From Candidatus Krumholzibacteriia bacterium (GTDB taxonomy: Bacteria > Krumholzibacteriota > Krumholzibacteriia > Krumholzibacteriales > Krumholzibacteriaceae): a stretch of DNA of 64,000 nucleotides. Shown here piece after piece: positions 18,843 to 28,811 of the stretch (its first letter is position 1; each line of letters starts with the position of its first letter). The position numbers and the translations under genes are program-made. Below the pieces are notes generated by a model. It was not told the DNA's origin, searched no databases, and worked only from the letters and a program-made list of their open reading frames with translations. The stretch lies in NCBI GenBank assembly GCA_963836185.1, contig CAWIIQ010000001.1, forward strand, positions 2,208,001 through 2,272,000, in the 5' to 3' direction.

Positions 18843-20813
18843 CTAAGCGGCCCTCTTCGAATCCCAGTAGACATAGAAGCAGAGGCCCGCGAAGAGGATC
18901 ACGCTGAGGACCTCTCCGAAAGCGGTCTCACCAAGCCCCGTATGGAGTATCGTGTCCCATTCAAAGAACGCGATCAGCGCGCTCACGACTCCCATAAGTG
19001 CGCCGCCCGCGATGAATCCCGAAGCAATGAGCGTACCGCGCTCCTTCCGCCTGTTGCTGATCTCGGAATCGCTGCTGCTGTTGATGACGAAGTGGGATAC
19101 GAGTCCGCCGATGAGGATCGGTGTGTTGAGCTCTATCGGCAGGTACATACCGAGAGCGAATGCCAGGGGCGATATCTTCAGGAACTCGAGGATCAACGCC
19201 ATGAATCCGCCGGCGATGTATAGACCCCACGGTGCGCTGGCGTCCGACATCAGCGTCTTGATGACCGCCGCCATCGCGTTTGCCTGCGGGGCGGCCAGCT
19301 TACTGTCGACCCCGAAGCCGTAGACCTTGTTCAGCAGCAGGATCACTCCGGTCACACTCGCCGACGCGACGAGGATGCCGAGGAACTTGTATGTCTCCTG
19401 CTTCTTCGGCGTCGAACCGAGCCAGTAGCCGACCTTCAGATCGCTGATAAAAGCCCCGGCAGTCGAAAGAGCCGTGCAGACGACCCCTCCTATGATCAGC
19501 GCGGCCACCATCCCCGAAGGTCCCGACAGACCCGCCTTCACCAGAACGATGCTGGAGAGGATCAGGGTCATGAGGGTCATACCGGAGACAGGATTCATTC
19601 CGACGATAGCGATCGCCCTGGCAGCGACGGTCGTAAAGAGAAAGCTGATCACCGTCACCACGACGAGTGAGATCAGAGCCATGCTCCACGAATCGACCAC
19701 TCCAAATCCGAAGAAGAGAAGAACGGCGATAAGAGTCACGGTCAGCAGAAAAACGACCGACGACATAGGCATGTCTGTATCGACCCGCTCGGTCTCCTCC
19801 ACGGTATGCCCCTTGCCGGCAAACATCTGCTTGATGCCTACGCTGAACGAGGAGACGATGATCTTGATGTTCTTGATGATCCCGATGATACCTGCGACGG
19901 CGATACCACCGATACCGATATGCCGTACATAGTTCGTAAAAATGAGCTCGGGGGTCATCTCGGCGATCGGCACCTCGCCCGGCGCCAGAGGCATTCCAAT
20001 ATGCTGCCCGAAATAATAGATCGCAGGTATGAAGACAAGCCACGACAGGAAGCTTCCCGCGGCGATTATCGTCGCATAGCGGAGACCGATGATATATCCG
20101 AGCCCCATCACCGCGGCTCCCGCGTTAACCTTTACGACGAGCTTGGCCTTGTCGGCCACGGTCGCCAGCGGCGGCAGGACCCGCGTCGATATCACCTCGC
20201 GCCAGAGCCCGAAAGTGGCGATGCAGAAATCGTAAAGCCCCGCGATGACCGCAGCCTTTATCAGGACCTTGGCCTGATCCCCGCCGGCTTCGCCGGTGAC
20301 CAGCACCTCAGTGATCGCCGTTCCCTCGGGGAAAGGCAGGTGCCCGTGCTGATCCTTGACGAAGTAGCGCCGCAGCGGGACGATGAAGAGTATTCCGAGG
20401 AATCCACCAAGCATGGCGGCGACGAATGTCTGGTAGTATTTCAGCTCGAGGTCGAGGATAAAGATAGCGGGCAGAGTGAATATCATCCCAGCCACGACTA
20501 CTCCGGACGCTGAGCCGATCGACTGGATGATCACGTTCTCAAGTATTGTCGAGCGCCTGGCAAACAACCCTCCGATTCCAACGGCGAGGATCGAGATCGG
20601 AATCGCCGCCTCGAATACCTGGCCGATCTTCAGGCCGAGATAGGCCGCAGCAGCAGTAAAGAGAACCGCCATAAAGAGGCCGATCGTTACCGACCTGGTC
20701 GTTATCTCGGGGATCGTGCCGTCAGTGGGAACGTAAGGAATATACTTCTCGCCCGGTTCGAGTACCTGGTAGGCATTCGCCGGGAGTTTGCCGGTGCCCT
20801 TGCTCTGCTCCAT
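18843..20813 (-). CDS. OPT-family oligopeptide transporter
   Basis: YLGLKIG, LENVIIQ, LPFPEGTA, NPVSGM, APQA motifs; many TM helices. Confidence 0.93.
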   Translation of the reverse strand: MEQSKGTGKLPANAYQVLEPGEKYIPYVPTDGTIPEITTRSVTIGLFMAVLFTAAAAYLGLKIGQVFEAAIPISILAVGIGGLFARRSTILENVIIQSIGSASGVVVAGMIFTLPAIFILDLELKYYQTFVAAMLGGFLGILFIVPLRRYFVKDQHGHLPFPEGTAITEVLVTGEAGGDQAKVLIKAAVIAGLYDFCIATFGLWREVISTRVLPPLATVADKAKLVVKVNAGAAVMGLGYIIGLRYATIIAAGSFLSWLVFIPAIYYFGQHIGMPLAPGEVPIAEMTPELIFTNYVRHIGIGGIAVAGIIGIIKNIKIIVSSFSVGIKQMFAGKGHTVEETERVDTDMPMSSVVFLLTVTLIAVLLFFGFGVVDSWSMALISLVVVTVISFLFTTVAARAIAIVGMNPVSGMTLMTLILSSIVLVKAGLSGPSGMVAALIIGGVVCTALSTAGAFISDLKVGYWLGSTPKKQETYKFLGILVASASVTGVILLLNKVYGFGVDSKLAAPQANAMAAVIKTLMSDASAPWGLYIAGGFMALILEFLKISPLAFALGMYLPIELNTPILIGGLVSHFVINSSSDSEISNRRKERGTLIASGFIAGGALMGVVSALIAFFEWDTILHTGLGETAFGEVLSVILFAGLCFYVYWDSKRAA

Positions 20814-20914
20814 TGCTCCTCCTTGCCTGTCTGATATATCTCAAAGAGCGTAAAAGAATTGGATTTCGGGGATTCTAGCATAGAAAAAAGAAGCTGTGTC
20901 AAATAATAAAAGAA

Positions 20915-20939
20915 AGGGAGCGGCCGGCGGCCGCTCCCT
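20915..20939 (-). terminator. Intrinsic terminator after aminopeptidase
   Basis: agggagcggcc-ggc-ggccgctccct followed on the minus strand by TTCTTTT. Confidence 0.75.
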
Positions 20940-20988
20940 GCAGGCGGATATGTCCTGTCCGCCGTCTCCTGATCCCTTGTCGATATCC

Positions 20989-21933
20989 CTACTTCAGCAG
21001 GAACTTTCCGTCCTTAATTATCGTCGTCTTCCCGGCTTTCAGCGTGACCTTCTCCACGAGGGCGTCGAAGTGCCACTTGCTCTTGTTCTTGCCGAGCCCG
21101 TAGCTGTCGCCGATCGCGAAATGGACCGTGCCGAAGGCCTTCTCCGCCTCGAGCATGTTCTTGCAGATCTTGGCGCCCTTGTTGGTGCCGACGCCGAATT
21201 CACCTACTATGTATCCCGTCTTGTCCTTGCCGATCTGCTTGATGATCTGGGAGATACCATTGCCCTTGAAGTCGACGAGTTTGCCTTTCTCGAATATCAT
21301 CGTGCCGCGGCCGATCTTGTCGTCGATCAGGCTGATGACGAGCTTTCCCGTGAAGGTGCTCTCCACGGGGCATGTATAGCACTCACCGGCGGGAAGATTG
21401 CCGTGATTGCCCATCTTGCTGATATCGCCGTTGTCGGGCTCCCACTTGCGGCCCTTCACGCTGAATGTGATATCGGTGCCCAGCTTGTTGGTCACACGGA
21501 CCTCTGTCTTGTCCTTGAGAGCGCGTATCGTTTTCTTCGTAAGCTGGTCGAGCTTCTTGAAGTCGATATTGACGAGTCTCTCCATCATGCTGACCGTAAT
21601 GCCCGGCATCATGCAGATGCGGCCACCCTTGCCGCCATGCTCCACCATGTAGCCGCGGAAAGGTTTCTCCGCGACCCTGGCGTCGAGCATGTAGACAGAG
21701 ACGTCGGCTTTCTTCATCATAAGCTTGAATATCTCGGTCGGAGCCGTTATCGGCCTGAGTGTCTCGGTCATCAGGTAGGTAGTGACCTCCGCCCCCTTCT
21801 TCCTGCCCCAGTATGCGAGGGCCTCGGCGATCTTCATCTTCTGGCGATCGGTCACGATAAGGAAATTCTCGCCCTTCTTGACCTTGAGGGAGCCGGTGAC
21901 GGCCTGCTTCGCGGCGCTCATCAGCTTATCCAT
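20989..21933 (-). CDS. M29-like aminopeptidase (leucyl aminopeptidase T-type)
   Basis: GNLPAGE, GEFGVGTN, EAEKAFGTVHFAIGD, HFD; AGGAGG RBS before ATG at 21933. Confidence 0.87.
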   Translation of the reverse strand: MDKLMSAAKQAVTGSLKVKKGENFLIVTDRQKMKIAEALAYWGRKKGAEVTTYLMTETLRPITAPTEIFKLMMKKADVSVYMLDARVAEKPFRGYMVEHGGKGGRICMMPGITVSMMERLVNIDFKKLDQLTKKTIRALKDKTEVRVTNKLGTDITFSVKGRKWEPDNGDISKMGNHGNLPAGECYTCPVESTFTGKLVISLIDDKIGRGTMIFEKGKLVDFKGNGISQIIKQIGKDKTGYIVGEFGVGTNKGAKICKNMLEAEKAFGTVHFAIGDSYGLGKNKSKWHFDALVEKVTLKAGKTTIIKDGKFLLK

Positions 21934-22086
21934 CTGCCTGCCTCCTTTGCTGCCTTCCGGCTGCATCCAGTACCATCGAATTTTTATATCCATCCCGAGC
22001 GAACCGGGAGTCCGGCTCAGCACGGACTGACATGATAAGCATATTAGCCGATGGAGGTCAATATGGAGAATTCATCCCCGCCGGGA

Positions 22087-24417
22087 TCATCTGAGAAGCA
22101 CCGTCTTGCGCGAAAAGGACCTGGGGCCGACCGTAAGCCGCATGAAATAGATACCGCTGGCAGCCTTTCCGCCTCCGGAGACGGTTCCATTCCACGTAAC
22201 CGAGTACGAACCAGCCTCCCTGAAGCCGTCCTCGAGGACAGAGATTCTTCTGCCGGATACATCGAACACCTCGAGCCGCACAGCAGCACGCCCCGTGGAA
22301 GAAACATCACCTTCTCCGACGGTGAACCTGACAGTGGTCAGCGGATTGAACGGATTGGGATAGATACTTTCCATACTTGAACGTACGGCCGGGACCTCTT
22401 CAGCGCCGGTGACGTCTGAAACGTCGTGGTACCAGAGGTGACTCCAGGAACTGGTGTGTCCCTCGGCGTCAATAGCTCTTACCTGGTATGAGTAGCTGTC
22501 GATGCCTGTCGCTTCCCTGATGAGGAAAGTGTCGGGATAAGCGCCGGCGATAATGGACTTCGCGCTGCAGGAAGGAACGGGTGAGATATTGTCGATATAG
22601 ATCCCCTCCTCGTTCACGTACGAATCCGTACTGTAGGCGAACCTGAGGAGCGCGACTATGCCGGGCTCAGGCTCCACGAACGGCCCGACGAAGAACTGCG
22701 CCGTTATCCATCCGCCCGAGAATCCGGTTATGCCGTGCCCCCGGTTGTTGCCGTTCGGATCGGCAGTAGTCGTAACGTCTCCCGAGCAGGTCTCCCAGGT
22801 GAATCCCCCGTCGAGACTTATCTCGACGTAAGCGTAGTCCCAGCCCTCCTCGATATCGTACCAGAGGTCGCACTGGAAAGACTGGCCGAGGAGCTGGAAG
22901 GAATAAGGCTCGAACAGGGTCATCGTATATTCTTTTCCATCCTCGCGTCCCGAGTAGTAGCTCTCCGGTGAAGAAGAGTACCTGGCGGAACTGACTGTGA
23001 ATCCATCGAGTTCCCATACCGTTCCCGAACCCGAACCTGAATCGCTCGAAGCGGTGTAGCCGATATACTCGAGGAGGTCCCACGCGACCGCCGGATTCGG
23101 ATCTCCCGCTTCGGGCCCCGACCAGGAAATGAGGTGGTGAGGATCGGCCAGATCGGTCACGTTTATGATATCTGAAGGGAACGGGCCGAGGACCGAGTAG
23201 GGATCATCAGCCCTGCTCAGCATTGTGAAGTTCAGCCCGAGGACCTTCTCGAAGGTCGGCGCGATGAGTGAGTCGGACGGCCCGAATCCTCCTTCGGCGT
23301 ATGTATTGAGTTCGACCGTGTAACTGAATATCCTGTTCTTCGACGACGTCTCCCCGTACATCCAGTCGTCCGAATCGCCGTTTACAGGATAGAGGATATT
23401 CGTCGCCGTACACCCGACATAGTAGTCGTTGCCCCTGCTCAGGGAATCGCCGAGGACCGTGAACATCTCATGATCATCCGTAAAAAGTGCGGCATATCCC
23501 CATGGATGGATAAGGAGCTCGCCGTATGAATGGTACGAGAGGGCCACAGAAAACTCTCTCGAGTTGCAGAAATCCCTAACGGCCTGCGTCTCCGGCTCAC
23601 TGAACGCCGAGGGGCCCCTGTAAAGGCCGTTCGCCGGATCTGGAGAGCTGCCGGCATCATCGTATCCCCACTCGTAACCGTAGTTCCGGTTGAGGTCGAC
23701 ACCTATGCTGCCGTCGCCGTTGATCCGCCGGTTCTTCCTCCACCAGTTCCACCAGTCATCGGTGTGATTGTACTGGACGTAGACGTGCCCGTCGGGATTG
23801 ATCATCGGCGCGATCCATATCTCCCGGCTGTCGACCATCGAGGTGACGAACGGACTGACCTGGTAGTTCGAGAGGAGATATTGCGCGAATCTCAGCGGCA
23901 CGTCGACCGACATAAGTTCACGGGCATGATGGCAGCCGACTATCAGGACTTCCGTCTCGCTTTCATCGATGGCGGCGTTGTCCGAGATCTTCAGCGCTAC
24001 TATCACCCTTCCCTCGTGCGTCGTCCCGATCGTGTCGAGCATCGTCAGGGCTGGGTGATCGAGGACCATCTGTTCGAGCGCCGCAAGCATCTCATCGTAT
24101 GTATGATAGAGTCCGAGATTTTCATCGAGGTCGGCAGCCGCTCCGAGCATCGGCCGGGCGAGGATATCGACACGCAGCGATCCGGATCTGAGCCAGTCGA
24201 GCTGCTCCTCCGTTACGGCCATGTCATAGGTACCGTCCCGGTTGGCCGAAAGCACATCGATCCCCCGGTCAGTAAGGTCGCTTAATCCGGCTCCTTTCGG
24301 CACCCGCGCCCTGACGAGTGTTGTAGCGCCGTCCGCGGCAGCCATGTCCGCGCCAGCCATGTCCGCGCCAGTGATCAGCAGTATGAACATGATTACCAAG
24401 CAGCGCCGGATATTCAT
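22087..24417 (-). CDS. Secreted M14 zinc carboxypeptidase (carboxypeptidase T-like) with InhA-like domain and FlgD/T9SS-like C-terminal domain
   Basis: HHARE, NPDG, WRKNR, GVDLNRN, FSEPET, HSYG; YDIEEGWDY; YPNPFNP...GIYF...KTVLLR. Confidence 0.92.
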   Translation of the reverse strand: MNIRRCLVIMFILLITGADMAGADMAAADGATTLVRARVPKGAGLSDLTDRGIDVLSANRDGTYDMAVTEEQLDWLRSGSLRVDILARPMLGAAADLDENLGLYHTYDEMLAALEQMVLDHPALTMLDTIGTTHEGRVIVALKISDNAAIDESETEVLIVGCHHARELMSVDVPLRFAQYLLSNYQVSPFVTSMVDSREIWIAPMINPDGHVYVQYNHTDDWWNWWRKNRRINGDGSIGVDLNRNYGYEWGYDDAGSSPDPANGLYRGPSAFSEPETQAVRDFCNSREFSVALSYHSYGELLIHPWGYAALFTDDHEMFTVLGDSLSRGNDYYVGCTATNILYPVNGDSDDWMYGETSSKNRIFSYTVELNTYAEGGFGPSDSLIAPTFEKVLGLNFTMLSRADDPYSVLGPFPSDIINVTDLADPHHLISWSGPEAGDPNPAVAWDLLEYIGYTASSDSGSGSGTVWELDGFTVSSARYSSSPESYYSGREDGKEYTMTLFEPYSFQLLGQSFQCDLWYDIEEGWDYAYVEISLDGGFTWETCSGDVTTTADPNGNNRGHGITGFSGGWITAQFFVGPFVEPEPGIVALLRFAYSTDSYVNEEGIYIDNISPVPSCSAKSIIAGAYPDTFLIREATGIDSYSYQVRAIDAEGHTSSWSHLWYHDVSDVTGAEEVPAVRSSMESIYPNPFNPLTTVRFTVGEGDVSSTGRAAVRLEVFDVSGRRISVLEDGFREAGSYSVTWNGTVSGGGKAASGIYFMRLTVGPRSFSRKTVLLR

Positions 24418-25445
24418 CGGTCTTCCTCCGGTAGTGTCTTTTCTGGATTCTCTTCAGCCGCCTTTTCCTCTCTGACCGCTGCCTTGAGGCCGGAAAAAGA
24501 TATGCCCTCCCTGGCAAGGCAGAATAGCCCGGCAGCTGTCATGGGGATGAACGTTCCCGCGTGATAGACTATCGATATGCTCAGCGCCTCCGACTCTTTC
24601 ACCCCGAACAGGCCGAGGCCGATGACGAAGCAGTACTGAACTGTGCCGACAAACCCGGGCGCCGACGGAATCATTATCCCGAATGTCACGATGATAAATA
24701 CTGTGAGCGTTGCCATAAAGGAGGTCTCGAGTCCGAACGACCTTATCACCAGATGCATTACGATAATATTTGGAAGCCATACAAGAAACGAGAGCAGCCC
24801 GGCGGCGGCTATGTCGCGGGGGCGCTTCAGCACCGTCAGGCCCTCCATGAACGAAGTGAGCAGTTTATCCACTTTCGCCGCCGCCCCGGCGGGAAGACGA
24901 AAGGTAAGTGCCTTGACAACAGCAAACGTCCTCGCACGATTGAAACGCAGCATGGCAAGAAAGACGATCGCCAGTATGTAAAAAGAGACCGCGACATATG
25001 CCACTTTCGTCATGGAAGCGGGTATGGACAAGTTGCCGAAGAGAAGAACGATGACTAGAAAGAATATTACCGTAAAGCCGTCGAACACACGTTCGACGAC
25101 GATGGTCGCGAAAGAAGCGGTCTTGCTGATCCCCGCCTTCTCACCTACGACCCAGGCCCTCGCGATCTCACCCAGCCTGGCGGGCAGAAGGTTGTTCGCC
25201 ATGAGCCCTATAGCCGATGCTGAGAAGAGGTGAATGAACTCCACCTCTTTTATGGATCTCAGCAGATAACGCCACCTCAGAGACCTGAATGCGACACTGA
25301 GCAGCATGAGAAAGAAGGACGGCACGAGCCATATATACTCGGCGCGTCTGAGAGATTCCGCGAGAAGGCTGAAATCCACCTTGCGGAAAGCAAGGTAGAG
25401 AAAAACCGCGCTGATCAGAAGGCCGAAAATCGTCCTCTTTTTCAA
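24414..25445 (-). CDS. Lysylphosphatidylglycerol synthase TM-domain / flippase-like protein (UPF0104)
   Basis: RSLRW, NNLLPARLGE, ERVFD, PSAPG motifs. Confidence 0.88.
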   Translation of the reverse strand: MKKRTIFGLLISAVFLYLAFRKVDFSLLAESLRRAEYIWLVPSFFLMLLSVAFRSLRWRYLLRSIKEVEFIHLFSASAIGLMANNLLPARLGEIARAWVVGEKAGISKTASFATIVVERVFDGFTVIFFLVIVLLFGNLSIPASMTKVAYVAVSFYILAIVFLAMLRFNRARTFAVVKALTFRLPAGAAAKVDKLLTSFMEGLTVLKRPRDIAAAGLLSFLVWLPNIIVMHLVIRSFGLETSFMATLTVFIIVTFGIMIPSAPGFVGTVQYCFVIGLGLFGVKESEALSISIVYHAGTFIPMTAAGLFCLAREGISFSGLKAAVREEKAAEENPEKTLPEEDR

Positions 25446-25840
25446 GGATTTCCTCCGGGCGGCCCGGCGCCGTCATTATCTCCCTCGATCGATCTCAGTT
25501 TCTCATCGAGCATGGCGTTATGGACGCCGAGGTTGTTGATCTTCCTCTTCAGCTCGGATATGACGACCGAAAAATAGAGCAGAAGGAGAAAAACGCCTGT
25601 CAACAGGATGATAAAGAGCGCGGCGGGCGGATACAGGATCCCGAAGAAGGCCGAGATACGCCCAAGCAGTCCGCCGAATATCGCGATTCCCGTGAAGACC
25701 GCGAATATACCCAGCCAGAGGATCGAATACTCCACGAGCAGCTTCTTCCGGCGAATCAGCCAGATGAGAGTCACAAGCAGCGCTACTGCTCCTAGCACAC
25801 TGAAGAACTGGACTCTGGTCAGGTAGTAGATATGGTTCAA
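25442..25840 (-). CDS. DUF2304-family membrane protein
   Basis: Three TM segments, YSILW and GILYPPA, coiled C-terminus; downstream of a GT2. Confidence 0.8.
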   Translation of the reverse strand: MNHIYYLTRVQFFSVLGAVALLVTLIWLIRRKKLLVEYSILWLGIFAVFTGIAIFGGLLGRISAFFGILYPPAALFIILLTGVFLLLLYFSVVISELKRKINNLGVHNAMLDEKLRSIEGDNDGAGPPGGNP

Positions 25841-26538
25841 TTCTTTCCTCCGATCATATACTTGATGAATATAGTGAGAAGGACCTTTACGAGGAAATAG
25901 TAAGTATTCAGCGCCCCTATCGAGGATACGCCCGCCTCGCGGCTTCGCATCTCCACAGGCACCTCTATCACCTCGCGACCTCCCCTTGTAAGATAATAGA
26001 TCTCTTCCGGTTCAGGATAGTCTGATGGATAGTCCTTCACCAGATATTCGACCGTACCGCGCCGGTAAGCGCGAAACCCTGATGTATTATCGCTGAATCT
26101 TTTTCCCAGTATCAGGACACTCATTTTCTCGAGCAGCTTGATCCCCAGCATCCGTGTTCTCGATGAATATGCGGCATCTTTCGTGATGTACCTCGATCCG
26201 ATGACGGCATCGATCCCTTCTTCCTGTACAGCGGAGACCAGTTTCACCGCTTCTGAAGGGGGATGCTGCCCGTCGCCGTCCAGCCGAACGACGAAATCGT
26301 ACCCGTTTTCAAGAAAAAATGTGAATCCCGATAAAACGGCTCCCCCGATGCCCATGTTGAAAGGGAGGTCGAGATAGATGATCCCTTCTTCGGAGGCCAG
26401 AATCTCTTTCGTTCGATCGGTCGAACAATCGTTGATTATGAGGATATCCGCCTCGGGCAATTCGGCCCTTACGCCCTTGACCAGTTTCCCGATATTGCCT
26501 TCCTCGTTATACGCGGGGACCAGGACCAGAAGTCGCAT
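25837..26538 (-). CDS. Glycosyltransferase family 2 (DPM1-like)
   Basis: VPAYNEE, INDCSTD, DGDGQH, IGSRY, DNTSGFR. Confidence 0.92.
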   Translation of the reverse strand: MRLLVLVPAYNEEGNIGKLVKGVRAELPEADILIINDCSTDRTKEILASEEGIIYLDLPFNMGIGGAVLSGFTFFLENGYDFVVRLDGDGQHPPSEAVKLVSAVQEEGIDAVIGSRYITKDAAYSSRTRMLGIKLLEKMSVLILGKRFSDNTSGFRAYRRGTVEYLVKDYPSDYPEPEEIYYLTRGGREVIEVPVEMRSREAGVSSIGALNTYYFLVKVLLTIFIKYMIGGKN

Positions 26539-26604
26539 CCGGTGTGACCTTTCGATTCAAAGCTCCCGGGCCTCAGGCGGTCCCGGATCTTCATATAGAT
26601 TATA

Positions 26605-26634
26605 ATTCTATCACCGCGATCCCATCAATGTCAA
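26605..26634 (-). promoter_or_regulatory. Putative sigma70 promoter of GT2 operon
   Basis: TTGACA-18 bp-TAGAAT. Confidence 0.55.
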
Positions 26635-26784
26635 TAACGCCTTGTCTTTCTTGGATTTATAAAACGCGCCGTGAGTCGTTCACCTTTCATGCTCCTCCAA
26701 GGGCTTGATTTTAGCTTCGCGAGAATATAGATTGTTCTGACCGGCTGAAGCAGAGAATGGATGACAGACTGGAGCTGAACGAAT

Positions 26785-27057
26785 ATGCCGACATATACAT
26801 ATGAATGCGAAAAATGCTCCCATATCTTCGAGATCGACCAGAAGATATCGGATCCTCCCCGCAAGCGCTGCCCCGAGTGCCGCGGCAAGATATTCCGCGT
26901 GATACACCCGGTCGGCCATATCCTGAAGGGATCGGGATTCTACAGGACCGATTACCGCGGCGATGACTATTCGAAACAGAAACTCGCCGAGGAGAAGCCG
27001 GCCCCTTCCTCCCCCGCATGCGACGGATGTTCCAAAAAGAAGGACTGCGGCGCCTGA
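26785..27057 (+). CDS. FmdB-family zinc-ribbon protein
   Basis: MPTYTYECEKC...CPEC...KGSGFYRTDY. Confidence 0.93.
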   Translation: MPTYTYECEKCSHIFEIDQKISDPPRKRCPECRGKIFRVIHPVGHILKGSGFYRTDYRGDDYSKQKLAEEKPAPSSPACDGCSKKKDCGA

Positions 27058-27082
27058 TAAATAACTGATACGCTTGAAATAT

Positions 27083-27112
27083 AAAGAGCCTTCCCGGATG
27101 GGAAGGCTCTTT
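27083..27112. terminator. Bidirectional intrinsic terminator
   Basis: aaagagccttccc-ggat-gggaaggctcttt between convergent genes. Confidence 0.88.
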
Positions 27113-27153
27113 TATTATGCGATCGCAGTTATGGAAACACACTGTTACCGATG

Positions 27154-28527
27154 CTATTCGGTATGGACTGCTCCTGACGTGTCGCCATCACAGACAGGCT
27201 TGTCCGACTCTGCCAGCGCCTCGTCGAGAATGGCTGCCGCCTTCTCGATCTCTTCGGCCGAAACGTTCAGGGGCGGGCGGAACCTGATCGTGTGAGATCC
27301 ACACTTCAGGACTATGAGGCCCTTCTTCATCGTCGTCGTGATGAATGTGTCCCTGCACGCTGAATCGGGGAGGTCGAAGGCGCAGAAAAGCCCTAGCCCG
27401 CGCACATTGCTCACGAATCCGGGATACTTCTTCTCGAATCCCTTGAGGGTATCCTGGAGTAAGGCTCCCATCTTCGCCGCGTTCTCGACGAGTTTCTCTT
27501 CCTCGATAACCTCGAATATCTTCTTCGCGCGAAGCATGTCGATAAGGTTTCCGCCCCAGGTCGAGTTGATCCTGCTCGATACCTTGAATACGCTGTCGAT
27601 CTCGTTGAGACGGTCGCTCGCCGCGATGCCGCAGACCTGCGTCTTCTTGCCGAAGCAGAAGATATCGGGCTCGACCCCGTAGTTCTGGTGCGCCCACATC
27701 TTTCCGGTGATGCCGACACCGGTCTGGACCTCGTCGAAGATCAGGATGATGTCGTTCTCATCGGCGATCCGGCGCAGCTCCTGGAAGAACTCCTTGCGGA
27801 AATGATTGTCGCCCCCTTCGCCCTGGATGGGCTCGAGGATGATAGCCGCGATATCGTCGCCGTCATCGGCGATAGCCTTCTCGATCTGTGCGATCGCTTT
27901 CTTCTCGGCCTCGATGACCTCGTCAAGATGGTCCTCTAGGGGGAAGGTGACCTTGGGATTGTCTATCCTCGGCCAGTCGAACTTCGGATAGAGGTCCACC
28001 TTGGTCGGATCGGTGTTTGTCAGCGACATCGTGTAACCGGTACGGCCGTGGAAGGCCTCGCGGAAATGAATCGCCTTCTGTCCCTTCTCTCCCTTGATCC
28101 CCTTCGCCAGGTTCTTCTTGACCTTCCAGTCGAAGGCCGCCTTCAGGGCGTTCTCGACGGCTAGTGCGCCGCCACTGATGAAGAAGAGATGGGGCAGGTT
28201 TTTCGGAATCGCGATGCGCGCGAAGGTAGCAACGAACTCTGCCATCTCTGTCGTATAGATATCGGAGTTCGATACCTTGTTGACCGCGACACGGCCGAGC
28301 TCGGCTAGAAATTCATCGCTGGTCAGCGCGGGATGATTGTATCCGAGAGCGCTTGAAGCGAAAAAGGTGAAGAAATCGAGATATTCCCTTTCGGTCACCG
28401 AATCGTAAAGCCAGCTGCCGTGGCTCTTATCGAGATCGAGGACAAAAGGGAAACCGTCTACGAGCATATTCTGCTCGAGAGTCTTGTGAACATCGCCCGG
28501 GGCGACAGTGATGCCTTTCCCGCTCAT
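27154..28527 (-). CDS. lat: L-lysine 6-transaminase
   Basis: YLDFFTFFAS, SGGALAVENALKAAFDWK, EPIQGEGGD, DEVQTG, FGKKTQ, SRINSTWGG. Confidence 0.92.
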   Translation of the reverse strand: MSGKGITVAPGDVHKTLEQNMLVDGFPFVLDLDKSHGSWLYDSVTEREYLDFFTFFASSALGYNHPALTSDEFLAELGRVAVNKVSNSDIYTTEMAEFVATFARIAIPKNLPHLFFISGGALAVENALKAAFDWKVKKNLAKGIKGEKGQKAIHFREAFHGRTGYTMSLTNTDPTKVDLYPKFDWPRIDNPKVTFPLEDHLDEVIEAEKKAIAQIEKAIADDGDDIAAIILEPIQGEGGDNHFRKEFFQELRRIADENDIILIFDEVQTGVGITGKMWAHQNYGVEPDIFCFGKKTQVCGIAASDRLNEIDSVFKVSSRINSTWGGNLIDMLRAKKIFEVIEEEKLVENAAKMGALLQDTLKGFEKKYPGFVSNVRGLGLFCAFDLPDSACRDTFITTTMKKGLIVLKCGSHTIRFRPPLNVSAEEIEKAAAILDEALAESDKPVCDGDTSGAVHTE

Positions 28528-28659
28528 TGGACACCTCTCCTGGACAAGTTGTTCTATTACAACTGATTAATTGAATTCAGGCCCGGCCCGCTGAGCCAGG
28601 CCGAGTAAATATATCAGATTTAACGGATTAGTCCAACCTGAAAAAGGAGGAACAGAGAA

Positions 28660-28701
28660 AGGGGGACCCGATCCCGGCCGGCGGCCTGGATCCGTCCCCC
28701 T
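28660..28701 (-). terminator. Long hairpin / probable terminator
   Basis: aggggga...gatcc.ggcc/ggcc.ggatc...tccccct followed on the minus strand by a pyrimidine tract. Confidence 0.55.
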
Positions 28702-28811
28702 GTCTTTCGTCCGGGGAAAGTGGCTGGGAGCATCAGCTCCCGGCCCTTTCCCGGGTGAGGTGCGTCACCCGCTTCACTCTCCCGCGAACCCTGTCTATCT
28801 ATGCGGACGCT

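Noticed and set aside
17523-19223. 566-aa plus-strand ORF
   Set aside because: Antisense shadow of the lipoprotein, methyltransferase and OPT genes; no motifs; expected with GC-rich codon bias
28530-28810. Lysine riboswitch or hammerhead ribozyme upstream of lat
   Set aside because: Lysine riboswitch core motifs are not found on the lat strand; CTGATG is followed by C, so the CUGANGA hammerhead core is incomplete
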